A stretch of DNA of 64,000 nucleotides. Origin: an uncultured Verrucomicrobiae bacterium (lineage in GTDB: Bacteria > Verrucomicrobiota > Verrucomicrobiia > Chthoniobacterales > UBA10450). The DNA lies in NCBI GenBank assembly GCA_963741065.1, contig CAVUGV010000018.1, positions 44,733-108,732 on the forward strand. The letters run 5' to 3'. This document shows, in pieces, positions 1 to 9,281 of the stretch (the first letter of the stretch is position 1; each line of letters starts with the position of its first letter). The translations under genes were made by a program, and so were the position numbers. The notes under the pieces are model-generated. The model was not told the origin of the DNA. It saw only the letters and a list, made by a program, of their open reading frames with translations, and did not search any database.

Positions 1-2
1 TC

Positions 3-107
3 GGATTGGGCCGGGACTACACAATTTTTGCGCTGCTGGACGGCAATGTGCGGTTCGATCGCGGCGGGCGGCGGGTAAATGTCGACCCTTTGGTGACCGG
101 GAAGTAA
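3..107 (+). CDS. rpmA: ribosomal protein L27, C-terminal fragment (5' end upstream of window)
   Basis: Frame 3 reads GLGRDYTIFALLDGNVRFDRGGRRVNVDPLVTGK-stop, matching the conserved L27 C-terminus (GRD.T.FA..DG.V.F). Confidence 0.75.
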   Translation, partial: GLGRDYTIFALLDGNVRFDRGGRRVNVDPLVTGK

Positions 108-164
108 CCGTTCTGATTCTGCTTCCCCATTCGGGCCAGCCTGCCGTATAAGCGTATTTCGCCG

Positions 165-770
165 ATGATGAGATACAACACCTTTATTCTTTTTGGCGCG
201 CCGGGAAGCGGCAAAGGCACCCAAGGCAAAACGCTTGGCACGATCCCGCGCTTGTATCACTGCGCTTGTGGCGACGTGTTCCGCTCCATCGACACTCGCA
301 CGAAAGTCGGGAAGGCATTCCTTGAGTACTCCAGCAAAGGTCAGCTCGTCCCCGATGACATCACGGTGGAACTTTGGCGACAGGCAATCGATTCGGCCGT
401 GGAAGCGCACAAGTTCAAGCCGGACATCGACACGCTGGTGTTGGACGGGATTCCACGGAACCTTGGCCAGGCCAGAATCATGGACGAAATGATCGACGTA
501 AAAAAGGTGTTTCATCTCGCCTGCCCAGACCGTGAGACGCTGTTTCACCGACTCAAGAAGCGCGCGTTGAAGGAGAACCGCCTCGATGACGCAAACGAAC
601 AGGTCATCCAACGACGTCTCGATATCTACGAGAAGGAATCGAGGCCGGTGCTTTCATATTATCCGCAAGAACTGGTTACCGTGGTTGACGCAACTCAGCC
701 GCCCGCCAAAGTTCTGCTCGAGATTCTACAGAGCGTGAACGACGGCGCGTATGAACCAGCAGCAGTTTGA
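165..770 (+). CDS. adk: adenylate kinase family nucleoside-monophosphate kinase
   Basis: 201-aa ORF with P-loop GAPGSGKGTQ, plus GQLVPDD, LDGIPR and RLDD motifs typical of Adk. Confidence 0.9.
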   Translation: MMRYNTFILFGAPGSGKGTQGKTLGTIPRLYHCACGDVFRSIDTRTKVGKAFLEYSSKGQLVPDDITVELWRQAIDSAVEAHKFKPDIDTLVLDGIPRNLGQARIMDEMIDVKKVFHLACPDRETLFHRLKKRALKENRLDDANEQVIQRRLDIYEKESRPVLSYYPQELVTVVDATQPPAKVLLEILQSVNDGAYEPAAV

Positions 771-999
771 AAATTTCACCGCTTCAAGTCTCTACTGCGA
801 AAAGTGCAGGGCCGCGATGCCCGTGCGCGAGCGGCTGCTCTTAGTTCTGCCTGACCGCGAAATTTTCGATTATCTCTGCACCGGGTGCGGATCATCGGTA
901 GGCCGGCGTGAGATCACGGCCGGAGAGAAAATGCTGGCGCAAGCGATGGCGCGGCGACGTCCGCGTCGCTCCGTCCCATTGCGGCAGCTGACGCCGTAG
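751..999 (+). CDS. small zinc-ribbon-like hypothetical protein
   Basis: 82-aa ORF with paired CxxC motifs (CEKC ... CTGC). Overlaps the adk stop by 20 nt. No family recognised. Confidence 0.4.
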   Translation: MNQQQFENFTASSLYCEKCRAAMPVRERLLLVLPDREIFDYLCTGCGSSVGRREITAGEKMLAQAMARRRPRRSVPLRQLTP

Positions 1000-1005
1000 T
1001 TCGAA

Positions 1006-1973
1006 ATGCGCATCGTTTTCATCGGCACTGGCGAGATCGGCGTGCCGACGCTGGAAGCGTTGCTGAAATCAGAACACGAGGTTGTGGCCGTGGTCACGCA
1101 ACCCGACAAGCCGGTCGGGCGCGCCCAGCAAATCGAGCCGCCGCCGATAAAGAAAGTATTAACAAGGAACGGCGGTTTCCAAACCGCCGTGGGCATTCGG
1201 CGGCTGGGAAGCCGCCGCTCCCTGAAATCTTGCAACCGGCAAAAATCAGAGACCAACAAGCGATCGAACAGATTCGCGCGTTGGTTCCAGATGTAATTGT
1301 GGTCATGGCCTACGGGCAAATCTTGCCCCGCGACGTTCTGGAAATTCCAAAGATTGCCTGCTTGAATCTGCATGCTTCCCTTCTGCCGCGCTGGCGCGGG
1401 GCGGCGCCAATTCAGGCAGCCGTCGCGGCGGGCGATCAAGAGACCGGCATCACCGTGATGTACATGAATGAAGGACTCGATACCGGCGACATCCTGTTGC
1501 AGCGTACGATCGACATTCTTCCGGCCGATACGGGTGGATTGTTGCACGACCGACTGGCGCAGATTGCGCCCGAAGCGCTGCTCGAATCTTTGCAAATGCT
1601 TGAAAAGAACAGCGCGCCGCGCATTGCGCAGGACAATGCGCAGGCTACGTCGGCTCCGAAATTGAAGCGTGAACATGGGCGAATCGATTGGTCGGAACCG
1701 GCGGAAGTAATCGAGCGAAAAATTCGCGCGTTTAATCCGTGGCCGGGTGCATTCATACAAACTCGGCGATCGAAATCTGAAAATATTTTCTGCATGCGTG
1801 GTGGATCTTAGCGGCCAGCCCGGAGAAATTTTGCGCAGCGAAAAAGAGCTGGTTATTGCGGCTGGTAAAGGCGCGCTTTCTCTGGGCGAAGTTCAACTTG
1901 AAGGAAAGCGGCGAATGAGCGCGGCGGAATTTCTCCGCGGACACGCTGCGATATTGCGCAGCGGATTGATTCC
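1006..1973 (+). CDS. fmt: methionyl-tRNA formyltransferase, frame-disrupted as read (two breaks, no own stop codon)
   Basis: Three consecutive frames give [31 protein letters not shown].., then [37 protein letters not shown].., then [26 protein letters not shown]. Colinear with E. coli Fmt. Breaks at 1174-1217 and about 1760. Confidence 0.85.
1174..1217. repeat. 44-nt double perfect hairpin (CGGCGG..CCGCCG type) inserted inside fmt
   Basis: CGGCGGTTT-CC-AAACCGCCG (1170-1189) and CGGCGGCT-GGGA-AGCCGCCG (1198-1217). Lies exactly between the last Fmt codon of frame 1 (GGC at 1171-1173) and the first of frame 3 (CTC at 1218). Confidence 0.8.
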
Positions 1974-2094
1974 GGCGAGCACAGGCTGCCAGCCTGTCAC
2001 ATCTCGGCAGCTTGCCGAGGCCGGGCAACTGCGATGGACGTTGCCGAATGTTGCCGGCAAGCTGCAGCACTGCAGGCTGGCAGCCTTGCTCCCC
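1974..2094 (+). repeat. family-A palindromic element, copy A1 (MITE/REP-like, about 121 nt)
   Basis: Termini GCGAGCACAGGCTGCCAGCCTGT ... GCAGGCTGGCAGCCTTGCTCCCC are inverted repeats. Internal CGGCAGCTTGCCG / CGGCAAGCTGC palindromes. Same architecture as 9282-9409 and 11652-11781. Confidence 0.85.
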
Positions 2095-2175
2095 AGACAG
2101 CAGAATGCCGTGCGATCCCATCGCATTTTGCTTTCCAAACATGTTCATCTTCTGTTTGATGTTGGTCTGGAGCCC

Positions 2176-2934
2176 ATGCAAAAGGAAACGCCGGCCTATA
2201 AACGCATTGTGCTTAAGCTCAGCGGTGAAGCGATGCAGGAGCGCGGTGGACGCGACAACATATCGCTCGCGGTTGTGCGTGAGATCGCTGAGCGAATAAA
2301 GGAAGTGCGCGATCTGGGGGTGCAAGTCTCCATCGTGATCGGTGGCGGAAACATCTGGCGCGGCCTGGTGGCGTCGCACCGCGGCATGGACCGCACGACT
2401 GCGGATTACATGGGCATGCTCGCTACGGTGATTAACGCGCTGGCATTGCGCAGTGCGCTTGATCAAATCGGGGTTCAGACGCGTGTGCAGACCGCCATCG
2501 ACATGAGAAACGTGGCCGAGCCGTTCATCCTCGGGCGCGCCATTCGACACCTGGAGCTGGGGCGCGTCGTGATTTTTGCCGCCGGCACCGGCAACCCTTA
2601 CTTTTCCACCGACACAACGGCAGCTCTGCGCGCGAGCGAGATTCGCGCCGATGTCATCTTAAAAGCAACCAAGGTTGACGGCGTCTATGATCGCGACCCG
2701 AAGACAGACGCAGGCGCGCGACGCTTCGACCGGCTCACCTTCAGCGAAGCGCTTGCGAAACGTTTGCAGATCATGGACTCGACGGCGTTCAGCCTTTGCA
2801 TGGACAACAAAATACCGATCGTGGTTTTCGACATGAACACGCCCAGCAACATCCGCGATGCCGTTCTGGGTCGTAAAGTTGGCACCGTGGTTTGCGATGA
2901 ACTTCCTTCAGACGTAAAAATTCAGACGCCATGA
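2176..2934 (+). CDS. pyrH: UMP kinase
   Basis: From ATG 2176: [20 protein letters not shown].., [22 protein letters not shown]. The ORF is open upstream through repeat A1 into fmt. Confidence 0.92.
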   Translation: MQKETPAYKRIVLKLSGEAMQERGGRDNISLAVVREIAERIKEVRDLGVQVSIVIGGGNIWRGLVASHRGMDRTTADYMGMLATVINALALRSALDQIGVQTRVQTAIDMRNVAEPFILGRAIRHLELGRVVIFAAGTGNPYFSTDTTAALRASEIRADVILKATKVDGVYDRDPKTDAGARRFDRLTFSEALAKRLQIMDSTAFSLCMDNKIPIVVFDMNTPSNIRDAVLGRKVGTVVCDELPSDVKIQTP

Positions 2935-3491
2935 GCAGAGATGACATTCTTCTCGAAGCCGAGATGTCGATGGAAAAAAGCGTCGATTACATGGTGCACG
3001 AGTTTGCTGCCGTGCGCACTGGCAAAGCTTCTCCTGGCCTTGTGGAAAACGTCGATGTTCATGCTTACGGCTCGAACATGAAGCTTAAGCAACTTGCTTT
3101 GATCACCACACCCGAGCCGCGTTTGCTTGTTGTTCAACCGTTTGACGCTGGCACGGTCCCGGACATCGAGAGAGCGCTCAAGGAATCGAAGATCGGCATT
3201 ACGCCTGCGGTTGACGGCAAGATCATTCGGCTGCCCATCCCGGAGCTCTCAGAAGAACGTCGAAAGGAACTGGTGCGTTCGCTGGGCAAAATGGCCGAAG
3301 AAGCCCGTGTGCGTGTGCGCGCAAATCGGCACGCGGCGCTCGACGAAGCAAAGAAGCTGAAGGCCGCCGGTGAACTAACCGAGGACGGCTTGCGCGATGT
3401 TCAGAATGAAGTGCAAAAGCTCACCGATCGCTTCGTCAAATCCATCGACGATCATCTCAAGCACAAGGATGCCGAGGTCATGAAGGTGTGA
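2931..3491 (+). CDS. frr: ribosome recycling factor
   Basis: 186-aa ORF with full-length Frr-like sequence (..[31 protein letters not shown]..). ATGA overlap with pyrH. Confidence 0.95.
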   Translation: MSRDDILLEAEMSMEKSVDYMVHEFAAVRTGKASPGLVENVDVHAYGSNMKLKQLALITTPEPRLLVVQPFDAGTVPDIERALKESKIGITPAVDGKIIRLPIPELSEERRKELVRSLGKMAEEARVRVRANRHAALDEAKKLKAAGELTEDGLRDVQNEVQKLTDRFVKSIDDHLKHKDAEVMKV

Positions 3492-3494
3492 CGT

Positions 3495-3527
3495 GAATGA
3501 CGAAATCCGAATGACGAATGTCGAATC
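3495..3527. repeat. tandem AATGACGAA-type word repeats (one arm only)
   Basis: gaatgacgaaatccgaatgacgaatgtcgaatc downstream of frr. Same word as the long hairpin at 39630-39767. Confidence 0.6.
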
Positions 3528-3572
3528 GGCACACCACTCAAGAAAACGACCGCTTATCCGAAAATAGCGTTT

Positions 3573-3944
3573 CTAGACGGCGAAACTTTCGCCGCAGGAG
3601 CAGTGGGCGACGGCGTTGGGATTGGTGACTTTGAACCCGCCTTTTTGCAGGTCTTCGCTGTAATCGAGCACCGAACCGCTAACGAAAAGCGCGCTCTTTG
3701 GATCGACAACCAGCCGAATGTTTTGGGTTGGCACGAGAATGTCCCGCTCCTTCGGGCCATCCACTAAATCCATCACGTATTGCAGGCCTGAGCAGCCGCC
3801 GCCCACCACCTTGAGGCGCAACGCGCCCTCTGGCTTGCCTTTTTCTTCAAGCAGTGACGCTAGCTTACGCGCAGCGTTTTCCGTCACGCTGATCAGGCGC
3901 TCATTGCCGATCTTGTAATTGAGCGGTGGAGATTCAGTGGTCAT
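3573..3944 (-). CDS. HesB/IscA-family iron-sulfur cluster insertion protein
   Basis: 123-aa ORF with GGGCSG motif and C-terminal CSCGESF, typical of IscA/ErpA. Confidence 0.85.
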   Translation of the reverse strand: MTTESPPLNYKIGNERLISVTENAARKLASLLEEKGKPEGALRLKVVGGGCSGLQYVMDLVDGPKERDILVPTQNIRLVVDPKSALFVSGSVLDYSEDLQKGGFKVTNPNAVAHCSCGESFAV

Positions 3945-4450
3945 GGTGTTGCGCTCTGCAGCAACTGAGCAACTTCGTTTTGCACGTTCTCCAGTTCGTC
4001 GAGGCGCAATTCAGGATCGGGCACGACGAACACGTCGCCCGTTGCGCCCTGTTCGTAAATGAGAACGCGGCTCCCGCCATCGCGGGATTCTGTCTTCACC
4101 TGTTTTAAGACGCGTTTGCGTTCGAGCATCGCGGCGAGGACGTAGCAGGCGTTTGCAAGGGGATTATCCGACGCCATCAAACGGCGGAAGAGTTGCTCCG
4201 CATTTTCTTTGGGCACGGGTTCGGCGGGCTTTGGCGGCAACGGTTCGTATCGCGATTTCCAAAATGAAAATGGCCGGATGTTTTCATTCCGGTTTTGCCA
4301 CGCCTCTTCGCTCAAATCCTCGCGCCGGTAGCCATTGGCGTCGTGATAGAGCAGCGTATAAAAATATTCGCCGGGAGTAAACGGCCGCTGCGTCGCGGCG
4401 CAGACGTCTGCGCGATGCTTAATCGCCCATTCGTTTGGCAGAGGGTTCAT
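3941..4450 (-). CDS. hypothetical protein
   Basis: Start taken at MNPLPNEW (ATG 4450), giving an ATGA overlap with the upstream lptF/G-like stop. The longer ORF to 4738 would overlap that gene. No family recognised. Confidence 0.5.
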   Translation of the reverse strand: MNPLPNEWAIKHRADVCAATQRPFTPGEYFYTLLYHDANGYRREDLSEEAWQNRNENIRPFSFWKSRYEPLPPKPAEPVPKENAEQLFRRLMASDNPLANACYVLAAMLERKRVLKQVKTESRDGGSRVLIYEQGATGDVFVVPDPELRLDELENVQNEVAQLLQSATP

Positions 4451-5586
4451 CGCGCAACTATACGCCGCGCGGTGAAAAGATGAAAGCTGGGCGGCTCGCG
4501 ATTGGAGGCCCGCAGATAGAGCAAGTAGAGGCCGATTACCGTGAAAATAATGTTCGGTGTCCACGCAGCGATCCATGCAGGAACGCGGGCTCCTTCGCCC
4601 AGTGCCAGAAAAAGGTGGACCAGAAAGTTCATGGTGAAGACAAGGAGGACTGCTGCGGCAACGCTTGATAGAACGCCACGGCGTGAATAGCCAATTCCAA
4701 GCGGCGCGGCGATACATACCACCACGAGGCACGTCCATGGTAGCGCGAGCCGATACTGCAAATGAGTGCGGAACGGCGCGAGCAGCGTCGCGGGAAAATC
4801 GGAATTGTAATGCAGATACTCCCGCAGCTCAGGCAAGCTCAGGAATTCCGCGCGTTCATTTGCGCTGCCCAGCCGGAACGGGGTTTCGCTCCAGTGCTCG
4901 ATTTTCAGTGAAGGATAAATCTGCTCGTCAACGATATTTCCCGCGTGATCGTAATGAACGACTTTCACATTCTCCAACTCCCAGTTTTTTGTCTCCGGGC
5001 TGTAATTCGCGCGGCTTGCGATATAATTTGTAACGATGTTGTCGTTGGCGTCCTGTTGCAGCACCTGCACGTTATTGAACGTATTGCTGCGCGGAAGGAA
5101 ATTCTGAATGAACCAGGTGCGCGAATCGGTTCGATTGCGGAAAATTTGCCCCTGAATGTAACGACCGGGACGCGACTGCGCTTCGGCGAGAAATGTTTTC
5201 CTCGCTAGTTCCGAGTGTGGCGCAAGCGAATAGTTAAGGGCCATGCTCGCCGCGACTGTGAGCAGCCCCATGCTAATCAACGGCAGCAAAACGCGGGGCA
5301 AACTTACGCCTGCCGTGAGCATGGAAACGATTTCATTCGCACGCGACATGCGACCGAGCGCAAAAAGAAGCGACAACAAGAGCGAGACCGGCAGCAGAAT
5401 GATGAAGACCTGCGGGAGCTGGGTGGCGTAATAGCGAATCACAAGCAGAAGACCTACGTGTTCGTCGATAAACGTCGAAATATTGTCGCTGACGTCGAAG
5501 ATCAGCCAGATCGAGATGAATCCGGCAATGCAGTAAAAGTAAACCTGCAGGAAATTGCGAATGACGTATCGATCGAGGATTCTCAT
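4447..5586 (-). CDS. LptF/LptG-family (YjgP/YjgQ) LPS export permease
   Basis: 379-aa ORF starting MRILDRYVIRNFL.. Multi-TM ends with a central periplasmic domain, as in LptF/LptG. Confidence 0.85.
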   Translation of the reverse strand: MRILDRYVIRNFLQVYFYCIAGFISIWLIFDVSDNISTFIDEHVGLLLVIRYYATQLPQVFIILLPVSLLLSLLFALGRMSRANEIVSMLTAGVSLPRVLLPLISMGLLTVAASMALNYSLAPHSELARKTFLAEAQSRPGRYIQGQIFRNRTDSRTWFIQNFLPRSNTFNNVQVLQQDANDNIVTNYIASRANYSPETKNWELENVKVVHYDHAGNIVDEQIYPSLKIEHWSETPFRLGSANERAEFLSLPELREYLHYNSDFPATLLAPFRTHLQYRLALPWTCLVVVCIAAPLGIGYSRRGVLSSVAAAVLLVFTMNFLVHLFLALGEGARVPAWIAAWTPNIIFTVIGLYLLYLRASNREPPSFHLFTARRIVAR

Positions 5587-5588
5587 TG

Positions 5589-5630
5589 CGATTTTCGAAT
5601 TTCAGCTCGCGATTTACGATTTACAATTGC
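5589..5630. repeat. CGATTTACGATTT-type word repeats
   Basis: cgattttcgaatttcagctcgcgatttacgatttacaattgc immediately upstream of the lptF/G-like start. Confidence 0.45.
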
Positions 5631-5651
5631 CATTTCGGCAACCAAGTGGTT

Positions 5652-5739
5652 GTCATTCCGAGCGAAGCGAGGAATTCTGAACAGTTGTTTTGCGCTGCGA
5701 CCAATAATATCAGAGATGTTTCGCTTCGCTCAACATGAC
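5652..5739. repeat. family-B inverted-repeat element, copy B1 (GTCATyCyGAGCGAAGyGAGG..)
   Basis: Left arm gtcattccgagcgaagcgaggaattc. Right arm gagatgtttcgcttcgctcaacatgac is its imperfect reverse complement. Lies in the divergent lptF/G-dinG intergenic region. Confidence 0.8.
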
Positions 5740-5789
5740 AGAGATGAGATGTCGAAGCAGAGAGCGGTTGAGACGCTGGGCTATTCCAA

Positions 5790-7773
5790 ATGATCGCGTT
5801 AAAAAACAACATCGGCAGCGAATTTGTTGAGCGTGTCCGTACATTCTTTTCTAAAGAGGGGCCGCTCTCCAAAGCGAAGAACTTTGAGTTTCGTCCGCAA
5901 CAGCAGGAAATGGCGGCGAGTGTCGCGAAAGCGCTGGAGGAAGAGCGCCATCTGGTGATTGAAGCGGGAACCGGCGTGGGCAAATCGCTCGCTTATCTCG
6001 CGCCGTCGATCCTTTTCGCACTCGAGCGGCACAAAAAGGCGATCGTTTCCACGCACACAATCAATCTTCAGGAACAACTGCTTTATAAAGACATTCCGAT
6101 TTTAAAAAAAATGCTGCCGGTCGAGTTTGAAGCAGCGTTAATGAAAGGCCGGCAAAATTATCTTTGCCCGCGCCGGCTCGAGCGCGCGTTGCAAAGCTGC
6201 GAAGGAACTTTTCACCGGCCCTGAGGAAAGCGAATTGCGACGCCTTGCCCAATGGGCAAGCACGACCCGTGACGGATCACTCAGCGATTTATCAGTGGAG
6301 CCCGATCCAAAAGTTTGGACGCAAGTTTGCAGCGAAGCGCACATCTGCACCCAGAAAACGTGCGGACAAAATCCGCGCTGTTTTTATCAGCAGGCGCGCA
6401 AACGTTTGCTCGCTGCGGACGTGATCGTGCTCAATCACACGTTGCTGTTCATCTTGCTCGGCTCGCCAGATGCACAGCAAGAACGCGAGAGCGGTTTTCT
6501 TTTTCCGAATGACTTCATCATCTTCGATGAAGCGCACACAGTCGAGCAGGTCGCATCCAAGCAGATCGGTATCGGCGTTTCGCAGTATGGACTGCGATCC
6601 ACGATCCAGCGGCTTTACAATTCGCGGACGCGCAAAGGACTGTTCACTGTAATGCGTGACGCGGAGGGCGTGCGACTCGCGGCGGAACTGATTGATGATG
6701 TTGAGAAATTTTTCGCGGCGGTCGAATCGAGAGCGAATTTTCGCAAAGGACGCGAGTTTCGCGTCCGCGATGTCGATTTTGTTCCGGACACAATCACTGG
6801 CCGGTTGACCGCGCTTCAGGCACGGATCGCCGAAGCGGTGAAACGCGCCGATGACGAAATTTTGAAAGCCGAGCTGCAGGAATACGGCCGGCGGATCCGC
6901 GACGCGCGGGACGGCATCGCCATTTTTCTCGAGCAAAGCGCGCCGGAACACGTTTATTGGGTCGAGCGCACCGGCAAAACGGAGCGGTTCCTCGCGCTCA
7001 ACGCTGCGCCGGTCGATCTTGCCCCGGTGCTACGGCGAATGCTCTTTCGAGACAACTGCTGTTGCGTGATGACCAGCGCCACGCTGGCCGTAGGCCGGCC
7101 CGATCTTGCCTATTTTCGTGAGCGCATCGGCGCGAGCGAGGCGGAACCGTTGCGGCTCGGCAGTCCCTTCAATTTTCAGCGGCAAATGAAAATGTTCGTC
7201 GTCCAAAAAATGCCCGACCCGCGCGACGCCGCTTATCAGAGAGAATTGGAGCGATGGATCGCGCATTTCGTTGAAAAGACCGATGGGTGCGCCTTTGTCC
7301 TTTTCACAAATTACCGCGACATGCAGCACGTCGCAGGCGCGATGCAGAAATTTTTTGTGGAGAAGGGCATGAATCTTCTGATGCAAGGAGCGGACGCGCC
7401 GCGGAGCAAGCTGCTTGAACAATTTAGATCAACGCCGCGTAGTGTACTCTTTGGCACCGATAGTTTTTGGGGCGGCGTGGATGTTCCGGGCGAAGCGCTT
7501 TCGAATGTGATTATCACACGGCTGCCATTTGCCGTGCCCGATCATCCGCTCGTTGAAGCGAAACTCGAGCTGATCGAGGAACGCGGCGGCGATCCATTCA
7601 CCGAATACTCCCTGCCGGAAGCGATCCTGAAACTCCGCCAGGGCGTAGGCCGCCTGATCCGAGCCAAAACTGACCGCGGCATCATCGTTATTCTCGACAA
7701 TCGCATCGTCTCCAGGCCCTACGGCCGCGCCTTCCTGCAGGCGCTGCCAAAATGTCCGGTGGAGATTGTCTAG
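5790..7773 (+). CDS. dinG: DinG/XPD-family ATP-dependent helicase (one frame break near 6195)
   Basis: Walker A AGTGVGKS, DEAH box FDEAHTVE, four-Cys cluster region (C..C..C..C at 6300-6400). Frames join as ..RALQ/AAKELFTGPEESELRRLAQW. Confidence 0.85.
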
Positions 7774-7778
7774 TAAAC

Positions 7779-7792
7779 TGTTCACTTGAACA
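7779..7792. promoter_or_regulatory. candidate LexA (SOS) box TGTTC-N4-GAACA
   Basis: TGTTCACTTGAACA is a perfect palindrome, 22 nt upstream of the imuB-like ORF start. It matches the LexA motif reported for Verrucomicrobia (recalled from the literature) and sits ahead of a classical SOS mutagenesis cassette. Confidence 0.6.
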
Positions 7793-7813
7793 TATAGAGG
7801 AATTTGTCGTAGA

Positions 7814-8800
7814 TTGCCTGCATGGAGGGACTCAATGCAGGCGCAGGAAATCTTCGAGATTCTCCACAAGTGGGGGATCCACACGCTTGGGCAGCTGGCG
7901 GCGTTGGATAAGGAGCAGCTGGAAGCGCGACTTGGCCCGGAAGCAAGCCGAATGTGGGAGCGCGCCAACGGGCGATCCATTCGAGTTCTCAAACTGGTTC
8001 GACCGCCGGAGTCGTTCGAGGAGAGCTTCGAATTCGAGCACGAGATCGAAACAGCCGAGCCGCTCCTTTTCATGCTCCGCCGTTTTCTGGAGCAGCTCAC
8101 GCTGCGGCTGACTGGAATCTATCTCGTAACAAAAGAACTGACGCTGCAAATTACGTTCGCGAATTCACGCCAAGACGAACCCGTCGTGGCGGGCAAACAG
8201 TTTTATGAGCGCGTTTTCAAAATTCCGCAGCCGACTAACGATGTCGATCTTCTCTTTCGCATGCTCCAGACGCACTTGGAGAATTTTCGATCGAAACATC
8301 CGATCGTGGCAGTCGCGCTGAGTGCGCAACCGATTAAACCCGCCAGCGAACAATTCGGATTATTTGAAACGACACTGCGCAATCCGCATCAACTATCGGA
8401 AACGCTCGCGCGTTTGACCGCCCTGCTTGGAAGCGAACGCGTCGGCACGCCAGTCATCGAGGAAACGCATCGGCCAGATGCATTTCGCATGGAACCGTTT
8501 TCGTGGGATGGGCTTCCAGCCCATTCAATCGGCAGGATGCCGATGCCACGTCCAGCTCTGCGAAGATTTCGGCCCGCAGTGTCTGCATCAGTTTTAGTGG
8601 ATGGAGACACCCGGGCGCATCTTTGCAGCGCAGAAATTTGCGGGAAAGTCATCGAGCAACATGGGCCGTATTTGATTTCTGGAAATTGGTGGGGCGAAAA
8701 ATCCTGGGCGCGCGCCGAATGGGATGTGCAGCTGCAGGATGGCGAGCTCGTTCGATGTCCACGAAACGGAGCGAACTTGGGAAATGGACGGCATCTATGA
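7814..8800 (+). CDS. imuB: ImuB-like protein lacking the N-terminal Y-family polymerase-like part
   Basis: 328-aa ORF. ..IHTLGQLAALDKEQLEARLGPEASRMWERANG.. resembles the HhH/little-finger region of ImuB. Directly precedes dnaE2. About 180 N-terminal residues expected from full-length ImuB are absent. Confidence 0.65.
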   Translation: MPAWRDSMQAQEIFEILHKWGIHTLGQLAALDKEQLEARLGPEASRMWERANGRSIRVLKLVRPPESFEESFEFEHEIETAEPLLFMLRRFLEQLTLRLTGIYLVTKELTLQITFANSRQDEPVVAGKQFYERVFKIPQPTNDVDLLFRMLQTHLENFRSKHPIVAVALSAQPIKPASEQFGLFETTLRNPHQLSETLARLTALLGSERVGTPVIEETHRPDAFRMEPFSWDGLPAHSIGRMPMPRPALRRFRPAVSASVLVDGDTRAHLCSAEICGKVIEQHGPYLISGNWWGEKSWARAEWDVQLQDGELVRCPRNGANLGNGRHL

Positions 8801-8831
8801 CTGGAGATCGAAGTCGTCTATGACGAGTCAT

Positions 8832-8859
8832 TTCGGCGGTCAAAGACCGCCGCTACAGC
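8832..8859. repeat. CGGCGG..CCGCCGCTACAG hairpin (REP-like)
   Basis: ttcggcggtcaaagaccgccgctacagc between imuB and dnaE2. Related to the hairpins at 1170-1217 and 12280-12310. Confidence 0.6.
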
Positions 8860-9281
8860 AAAATGCCGATTTGACGCTTCAATCGTTTCAATCGCTTTAA
8901 CTCGGAATCATGTCCTACATCGAGTTACACGCATGCAGCGCCTTTAGTTTTTTGCGCGGCGGCTCTTTCCCCGAGCAATTAGCTGAAGTCGCAGCGGAAT
9001 TGGAAATGCCGGCGATGGCGTTGCTTGATCGCAACGGCGTTTACGGCGCGCAACGATTTTCCGTCGCCGCGCGCGAGCACAACGTGCGCGCGATCATCGG
9101 CTGCGAATTGTCGATGGAAGACGGCAGCATTTTGCCGGTGCTGGTCGAAAATCGCACCGGTTACAAAAATTTGTGCGAACTACTCACCCAGGCGCATTTG
9201 CGCAGCGAAAAAGGAAAATGCGTGGTGCGTTGGGGTGAACTGCCGCAGTTCGCAGAAGGATTGGTAGCGCTTTTGGGATCG

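Noticed and set aside
1171-1220. T4 gene-60-style translational bypass of the 44-nt fmt insert
   Set aside because: There are no matching take-off and landing codons (GGC at 1171 versus CCG at 1215-1217), and no stop codon immediately follows the take-off site. The length similarity alone (44 versus 50 nt) is not evidence.
870-1760. 296-aa minus-strand ORF, and similar long antisense ORFs at 1753-2550, 7429-8100, 13890-14687, 23785-24675, 53819-54622, 54791-55735, 57605-58210
   Set aside because: Each lies antisense to a gene with clear family motifs (fmt, pyrH, dinG/imuB, moaE/pgsA, the alpha-2-macroglobulin gene, murC/murB, ftsA). Their translations are Arg/Ser/Pro-rich with no recognisable domains, so they are shadow ORFs.
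4451-4738. 5' extension of ORF 3941-4738 to 265 aa
   Set aside because: The extension overlaps the 3' end of the lptF/G-like gene and is Arg/Cys/Ser-rich. ATG 4450 gives a typical ATGA junction instead.
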